The position numbers and the translations under genes were made by a program. A DNA stretch of 52,004 nucleotides from positions 1-52,004 of the forward strand of contig JBIOYN010000289.1 in NCBI GenBank assembly GCA_044870155.1, in the 5' to 3' direction. This DNA is from Acidimicrobiia bacterium (GTDB lineage Bacteria; Actinomycetota; Acidimicrobiia; IMCC26256; BP-133). This document shows, one piece after another, positions 44,397 through 50,070 of this stretch (position 1 is the stretch's first letter; each line of letters starts with the position of its first letter). Under the pieces are notes generated by a model. The model had not been told where the DNA came from, ran no database searches, and was given only the letters and a program-made list of their open reading frames with translations.

Positions 44397-46166
44397 TCAG
44401 GCGAGGTAGCCGAGCTTGCGGAGCTGGGCTTCGGTCTCGGGATCGAGCTCGACGAGGGCGCCCGGGGCCTGGAACGAGGCCGTGCGCTCGGCCCAGGCGT
44501 CGAGGCGACGCTCGAGGGCGGCAGCGAGGTCGGGTTCGGCGTCGACGAGGTTCTCGGACTCGGCGGGGTCGGCCACGTGGCGGTAGAGCTCACGTTCCCG
44601 GGCCACGTACTGGCCGGCGCGGACCATGGCCAGCACCTCTTCCCGCTGCCACTTCCTCGAGCTGTCGTGGCGGTGCACGAGACGCGTCTGGGTGGGGTCG
44701 ATGCGCACGGGGCGACCCATGACCACGACGGTGACGGCGCCGCCGCCGGCGTCGACCACGGACTCCGCGGGGCCTTCGAGCTTGGACTCGCCGCCGGGCT
44801 TGCGCCACATGACGCTGCGGGCGCGCCGCCCGCCTCCGCTCGGGCCCGGCGGGTCCAGGATGACGTTGATGCGGTCGCCGGGCACCAGCTCGGCCAGGGG
44901 GAAGGGGCCCTTGTCCAGGCCGACGAGGTCGGTGGTGGCATCGACGGTGAAGTCGAAGCCCAGGACGGTGACGGCCCCGTCCGATGGGTCGACGCGCTCC
45001 ACCAGCCCCAGGAGCTTGTCCGGCCCGGGGATGCCGATGGTCACCTTGGTGGGGAGAAAACCGCCGCCCACCGCCTGTCCTTTGATCTCCAGGGGGGTGC
45101 CCGGAGTCAGGTCGGACAGGCGGGCGGGCGGGGCCTTCGAGACGTGGAACGTCTCGATGAAGTGGTGCTCGGCGGTGGTGACCGACCGGCTGTAGCGCAC
45201 CCGCTTGAGCAGTTCAGAGAACGCCACCTCCCCGTTGGCGGCCGGGCCGGCACCCGCGCCCAACCAGGGCAGCAGGCTGCAGCCGGGGACGTCGGGCACG
45301 GGCACGCCCGCCACCTCCAGGAGTGTGGGCAGCAGATCGATGTGTGACACCGGCGGCGCCGGAGTGTTGCCGGCGCCCACGCCGTCGGACCGGCGGACGA
45401 CGAGCGGCACCCACACCAGCTGGCGGTACAGGCTCTGGCCGTGGCTCAGCATCACACCGTGCTCGTTGAGCTCCTCACCGTGGTCGGCGGTGAGGACGAC
45501 CCAGGTGTCCTCCCCACGTCCCGCCGCCTCCAGGAACGCCAGCAGGCGGCCGATGTGGGCGTCGGCCCGGCGGACGCCGGCGGCGTAGTAGCTGAGGAGG
45601 GTCTCGGGCCCGGCGTCGACCACGGCGGCATCGACACCCCGCTCGACCAGCGGGCGGGTGGGGAAGAGCTCGGCGGGCAGCGGGCTGTGCACGTCCATCA
45701 GGTGCACGTAGGCGGCCCAGGGGCCGTCCCCGGCCTCGCCCAGCCAGGCTTCGAAGTCGTCGACCACGGCGGCGCCGTCGGTGGTGGTCCGGAACTCGAC
45801 ATGGCCGAAGCCGGCGGTGATCCCGAACTCCGGCTTCAGGTAGGCATTGCCGGCCACGAAGGCGGCGGTGGCGAAGCCGGCCCCGCCCAGGCAGCCGGCC
45901 AGGGTGGGCAGGTCGGGATGGAGAGCGGTGAGCTTGGTGCCCTCACCCCCCGGGCGGGGCCCGCCCATCACGTGCTGGCTGGGATAGAGCCCGGTCATGA
46001 TCGACGCCACCGACGGGTGGGTCCACGACGCCTGGCTGACGGCGTTGGCGAAGCGCACACCCCCGGCCGCCAGGCGGTCCATGTGGGGGGTGCCCCGATC
46101 GGTGCCGGCGTAACAGCCCAGGTGGTCGGCCCGCAGGGCGTCGACACAGATGATCAGGAAGTTCAC
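44397..46166 (-). CDS. alkaline-phosphatase-superfamily 'sulfatase-like' hydrolase/transferase with Thr at the nucleophile position and a C-terminal beta-rich extension
   Basis: Metal and catalytic motifs ICVDALRADHLG, SWTHPSVASIMTG and LTADHGEELNEHG. The C/S-x-P-x-R signature reads T-H-P-S-V. About 230 extra C-terminal residues carry repeated V..G....V/D patterns. The GTG start overlaps the upstream stop (GTGA). Confidence 0.85.
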   Translation of the reverse strand: MNFLIICVDALRADHLGCYAGTDRGTPHMDRLAAGGVRFANAVSQASWTHPSVASIMTGLYPSQHVMGGPRPGGEGTKLTALHPDLPTLAGCLGGAGFATAAFVAGNAYLKPEFGITAGFGHVEFRTTTDGAAVVDDFEAWLGEAGDGPWAAYVHLMDVHSPLPAELFPTRPLVERGVDAAVVDAGPETLLSYYAAGVRRADAHIGRLLAFLEAAGRGEDTWVVLTADHGEELNEHGVMLSHGQSLYRQLVWVPLVVRRSDGVGAGNTPAPPVSHIDLLPTLLEVAGVPVPDVPGCSLLPWLGAGAGPAANGEVAFSELLKRVRYSRSVTTAEHHFIETFHVSKAPPARLSDLTPGTPLEIKGQAVGGGFLPTKVTIGIPGPDKLLGLVERVDPSDGAVTVLGFDFTVDATTDLVGLDKGPFPLAELVPGDRINVILDPPGPSGGGRRARSVMWRKPGGESKLEGPAESVVDAGGGAVTVVVMGRPVRIDPTQTRLVHRHDSSRKWQREEVLAMVRAGQYVARERELYRHVADPAESENLVDAEPDLAAALERRLDAWAERTASFQAPGALVELDPETEAQLRKLGYLA

Positions 46167-47203
46167 GAGCCTCCTCCCGATCGCTCCACGGCGGCCAGCA
46201 GCTCATCGCCCTGGCCCAGGGATCGGACCCGGGCCAGCTCCAGGGTGATCTTGCGCAGGTCGTTGGCCGACAAGGGGTCGCCGGCCAGGAGCCGGGCGTA
46301 GCGGCCCAGCGCCCGCTTGAGCCGCTTGGCCAGCAGCAGCAGGGGGATGGCCTCCAGCTCGGCCGGCGCCAGGGGGGAGACGTCCTGGTAGGCGTCCACG
46401 AAACGGGCGGCCACGGCCCGGTCGAGGTGCACCTTGTAGTCGGGCGACGCCGGGTCGCCGTAGACCTTGGCGAAGTCGTGGACGGCGACGGCCACGTCCA
46501 GCGCCCGGGCCTCGACGTGGGCGCTGTCGAAGTCGAGGACGACCAGGAGCCGGTCCCCGTCGAACAGGGCGCTCCCCCGCCGGCAGCCGCCGTGGATGGT
46601 GGTGAGGGGGAGCGAGCGGTACAGGTCCTCCAGCCGGCGCCGGACGGCCCTGCCCTCGGCCAGGGCGAAGCGCAGCGGGGCGGCCAGTCCGTCGGGGACG
46701 TTGGCCAGGAACCGCTCCTCGGCGGGGACAGCGGCCAGCCGCTCGGCCAGGGCCACGGGCACGAGCGCGGCGTCGGGGGTGGGGACGGAGGCCGAGAAGC
46801 CCTCGACCAGCCCGTGGTAGCGGGCCAGCGCCGCCGCCACCGCCTCCGCCTGGCCGGGAACCCCGGCGGAGGCGGGCTGCCCGGCCACGAAGCGGGCCAT
46901 CCGCCACAGCCAGCCCTCGACGAGGGCGCAGGGATCGCCATCCACCGTGGGGACGTACTCGGGGGCCGGGAACCCCCGGGCCCGCAGGTGGGCCACCAGC
47001 TCGTGCTCGAAGCGGACGGCCTCGGGCGTCTTGGCCCGGTAGGAGCGCCGGAGCACGAAGGACCCTCGCGTCGTGGTCAGGCGCCAGTGCTGGCTCTTGC
47101 CCAGCGGCAGGGCCTCGACGTCCTGCCACCCGCCGGCGTCGAAGGTGCGCTCCAGCGCCGCACGGGGCAGGCCGGCCCCCGGGGTGAGGTCGAGCTCAGG
47201 CAT
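46163..47203 (-). CDS. APH/homoserine-kinase-II-fold protein with degenerate catalytic loop (P2: HGG, beta3 Arg)
   Basis: 346 aa from ATG at 47203. Paralogue of P1 (VAHLRARGFPAP; VLDFDSA; RALDVAVAV). The catalytic loop reads TIHGGCRRGSALF and beta3 reads FVLRRS. Confidence 0.8.
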   Translation of the reverse strand: MPELDLTPGAGLPRAALERTFDAGGWQDVEALPLGKSQHWRLTTTRGSFVLRRSYRAKTPEAVRFEHELVAHLRARGFPAPEYVPTVDGDPCALVEGWLWRMARFVAGQPASAGVPGQAEAVAAALARYHGLVEGFSASVPTPDAALVPVALAERLAAVPAEERFLANVPDGLAAPLRFALAEGRAVRRRLEDLYRSLPLTTIHGGCRRGSALFDGDRLLVVLDFDSAHVEARALDVAVAVHDFAKVYGDPASPDYKVHLDRAVAARFVDAYQDVSPLAPAELEAIPLLLLAKRLKRALGRYARLLAGDPLSANDLRKITLELARVRSLGQGDELLAAVERSGGGS

Positions 47204-48254
47204 CGGCGGGCAGCCGGCCCTCGATGAGCGCCGAGAAGTCGGCCCGGTAGGTCTGCACCGCCCGGTCGTCCTCGGGGCTGTCGCCATTCTTCAGCTTGCG
47301 GTTCATGGAGTGGAACACGAAGCGGGCCCAGTGGAAGCGGAGGTTGGCCAACCAGGCGGCGGCGTCGGGCACCGCCGCCCGGTAGGCGTCGAGGAAGGCG
47401 TCAGTGGCGGCCTCCACCTCCTCAGCGCGGCGGCCGTCGCCCGTCAGCTGGCGCCGGAGCCGGTGCAGGAACTCGGCCGTGTCGCGGGCGGGGTCGGACG
47501 GCCGGGAGCGGTCGAGGTCGATCACCGTCGTCGCCCTGTCGTGCCCGGCTTCGGCGCCCAGGAACACGTGGATGGGGCGGTACTGGCCGTGACTCTGGAC
47601 GGCCAGCCCGTCGACGGTGTCGAGGGCCAGGGCCTCGAGCTGTTCGATCATGCGCAGGGCGGGCGGGACGCGCTCGGGTCGCTCGGCCGCCACCTTGGCC
47701 AGGCGCCGGGTGAGAGACAGGATCTCGGTGGAGACCAGCATCGAGTGGGGTTTCCCGATCCGCAGCGGGGTGGAGTGGAGCCGCCCCAGCCAGGTGGCCG
47801 CCTCCCGGACGGCGGTGAGGCGGGCGGCGGGATCGTCGCCGCCCAGCACGTCGGCCACCGATGGCCCCCGCGCCTCGGCGCACACCAGCAGGTCGAGGTC
47901 ACCCATCCAGGCCAGGGGCTCCACCACCTGGTAGGCGGCACCGGGCCCGAAGCCGCCCTCCTCCCGCAGGCGGACGAGCTTGTCGTGGATGGCCCGCCCT
48001 TCGGTGCCGGGCGGGAAGAACTTGGCGAACACGGCCCGGCCCCCGTTGCGGCGCACTTCCACCGTGGCCGCCCCGGTGGAGTCGAGCTGGATGACGCGGA
48101 CGCCCCAGTCAGCCTGGTGGCCGTTTCCGTTCCCGGAGGGGCCGCCGTTGGCCACCTCCACCAGCGGCCGGAAGTGGGCCTCCAGGAACTCCGTTTCCGA
48201 GGCGGCGGCCACCCGCCGCCCCAGCTCGGCCTTCACGTCCTTGGTGATGCTCAT
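47196..48254 (-). CDS. APH/CotS-fold protein with degenerate catalytic loop (P3: HGQ)
   Basis: 352 aa from ATG at 48254, with AAGGAG 5 nt upstream. Paralogue of K0 (VIDLD, ARDTAEFL). The catalytic loop reads SHGQYRPIHVFL and the beta3 Lys is retained (VFAKFF). Overlaps P2 by 8 nt. Confidence 0.8.
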   Translation of the reverse strand: MSITKDVKAELGRRVAAASETEFLEAHFRPLVEVANGGPSGNGNGHQADWGVRVIQLDSTGAATVEVRRNGGRAVFAKFFPPGTEGRAIHDKLVRLREEGGFGPGAAYQVVEPLAWMGDLDLLVCAEARGPSVADVLGGDDPAARLTAVREAATWLGRLHSTPLRIGKPHSMLVSTEILSLTRRLAKVAAERPERVPPALRMIEQLEALALDTVDGLAVQSHGQYRPIHVFLGAEAGHDRATTVIDLDRSRPSDPARDTAEFLHRLRRQLTGDGRRAEEVEAATDAFLDAYRAAVPDAAAWLANLRFHWARFVFHSMNRKLKNGDSPEDDRAVQTYRADFSALIEGRLPADA

Positions 48255-50070
48255 CGGTCTCCTTTGGATCGGCAAGGGCGTCACCGCGCGACAGGGCGAC
48301 CAGCTCGGCGTAGCTGCCGCCCAGCGCACACAGCTCCTCGTGGCTGCCCCGTTCCACCACCCGCCCGTCCTCCAGGTAGGCGATGAGGTCGGCCCGGCGC
48401 ACGGTGGACAGCCGGTGGGCGATGACGATGGTCGTCCGGCCCTCCATGAGGCGCTCCACGGCGTCGAGGACGACGCGCTCGGAGCGGATGTCGAGCCCGG
48501 AGGTGGGCTCGTCGAGGATGAGGACGGGCGACTGGCGCACCAGGGCCCGGGCGATGGCCAGGCGCTGGCGCTGCCCGCCCGAGAGCGTCTCGCCCCGCTC
48601 CTCGACCAGGGTGTCGTAGCCCAGGGGCAGGGCGGAGACGAAGTCGTGGGCGTTGGCCGCCCGGGCGGCGGCCTCGATCTCGGCCCGGGTGGCGTCGGGC
48701 CGCCCGTAGGCGATGTTCTCGGCCACCGTCGCCCGCACCAGCACCGACTCCTGGGGCACCACCGCCACCTGGGCCTGGAGGCTCTCCAGGGTGAAGCTGC
48801 GGATGTCGGCCCCGTCGATGAGGACCGCCCCCGAGTCGGGGTCGTACAGCCGGGGCACCAGGCCCGCCAGCGTCGTCTTGCCCGCCCCGGTGGCGCCCAC
48901 CAGGGCCAGCACCTGGCCGGCGGGAACTTCGAGTTCGACTTCGTGGAGGACGGGCCGGCCGGGCACGTAGGAGAACGTCACGCCCGAGAAGCGGACGGTG
49001 CCGCTCAGGCGGGGGGCGGGCCGGGCGCCGGGCAGGTCGGTGACGGCGAGCGGCGTGGCCAGGATCTCGGCGATGCGCTCGGCCCGCACGCTGGTGCGAC
49101 TGGCCTTGGCCGCCAGGCGGGACAAGGCCCGGGTGGGTCCGTAGAAGTCGCGCAGGTAGGAGGTGAACACCAGCAGCTGGCCCAGCTCCAGGCGCCCGGC
49201 GCGCACCTCGTGGGCCCCCAGAGCGAGGAGGGCGGCCAGGCCCAGCGCCGGCACCACCCCGAGCCAGGACGAGAACGCCGACTCGGTGCGGGACAGGGCC
49301 AGGTTGGCCTCCAGCACCTCGCCGCCGGCCGACTCGAACCGCTCGGTCTCATGCTTCTCCCGGCCGAACACCTTGACCAGGCGCATGGAGGACAGGACCT
49401 CGGAGGTCAGCGACGTCATGTCGCCTTCCAGGTTGCGGGCCCGGACCTCGGCGGCCTTGATGCGGCGGCGGAAGCGGGTGTTGGTGACGGCCATGAGCGG
49501 GGTCATGACCAGCAGCACCAGCGACAGGCGCCAGTCGAGGGTGAAGGTGATGACCACCATGCCGATGCCGAGCAGGCCGGAGGACACGGCCTCGAGGAGG
49601 TTGTCGGTGACCAGCGCCTGGACGGGCTCGGCGTCGCGGGTCACCCGGGTCAGCAGCTCGCCGGTCTGGGCCCGGTCGTGGAAAGCGAGCGACAGGCGCT
49701 GGAGGTGCTGGTAGAGGGCGACGCGGATCCGGAAGGCGACCTTCTGGCCCACGATCTGCATGAGGTAGCTGCGGATGAAGTCGACGGCGGCTTCGAGGGC
49801 GGCGATGGCGATGACGGCCGCCACCACCACCAGCACGAGGAATTCGAAGCTGGCGTCGGTCCGGGGCTTGCCCAGCACCTCGTCGACCAGGAAGGCGAGG
49901 GGCCAGGGCTTGGCCAGCCGGAAGGCGGTGCTGGACAGCACGAGCACCAGGGCCAGCACCAGCGTGGGCAGGTGGGGCCGGGCGAAGGGGCCGAAGACCC
50001 GGAACGCCTGGCGCAGCCCGAACCGGGCGGAGGGCCGCTCCCCCGCGGGCCGGGAGTCGTTCCCGCTCAT
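48109..50070 (-). CDS. ABC exporter, fused transmembrane and ATP-binding domains (MsbA-type half-transporter)
   Basis: 653 aa from ATG at 50070, which forms an ATGA overlap with the upstream stop. Six TM helices. Walker A GATGAGKTT, signature LSGGQRQR, Walker B VLILDEPTS, H-loop IAHRL. No in-frame stop occurs until 48109, so about 48 codons overlap P3. Confidence 0.9.
   Translation of the reverse strand: MSGNDSRPAGERPSARFGLRQAFRVFGPFARPHLPTLVLALVLVLSSTAFRLAKPWPLAFLVDEVLGKPRTDASFEFLVLVVVAAVIAIAALEAAVDFIRSYLMQIVGQKVAFRIRVALYQHLQRLSLAFHDRAQTGELLTRVTRDAEPVQALVTDNLLEAVSSGLLGIGMVVITFTLDWRLSLVLLVMTPLMAVTNTRFRRRIKAAEVRARNLEGDMTSLTSEVLSSMRLVKVFGREKHETERFESAGGEVLEANLALSRTESAFSSWLGVVPALGLAALLALGAHEVRAGRLELGQLLVFTSYLRDFYGPTRALSRLAAKASRTSVRAERIAEILATPLAVTDLPGARPAPRLSGTVRFSGVTFSYVPGRPVLHEVELEVPAGQVLALVGATGAGKTTLAGLVPRLYDPDSGAVLIDGADIRSFTLESLQAQVAVVPQESVLVRATVAENIAYGRPDATRAEIEAAARAANAHDFVSALPLGYDTLVEERGETLSGGQRQRLAIARALVRQSPVLILDEPTSGLDIRSERVVLDAVERLMEGRTTIVIAHRLSTVRRADLIAYLEDGRVVERGSHEELCALGGSYAELVALSRGDALADPKETDEHHQGREGRAGAAGGRRLGNGVPGGPLPAAGGGGQRRPLRERKRPPG

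Noticed and set aside
41200-50070. Interpretation of the kinase/sulfotransferase/ABC locus as a RiPP (lanthipeptide or lasso-type) cluster
   Set aside because: I could not find a plausible Cys/Ser/Thr-rich precursor ORF or a cyclase, protease or RRE-like gene. The only small ORF (41200..41430) does not look like a precursor. The GH57-like gene points instead to carbohydrate chemistry.
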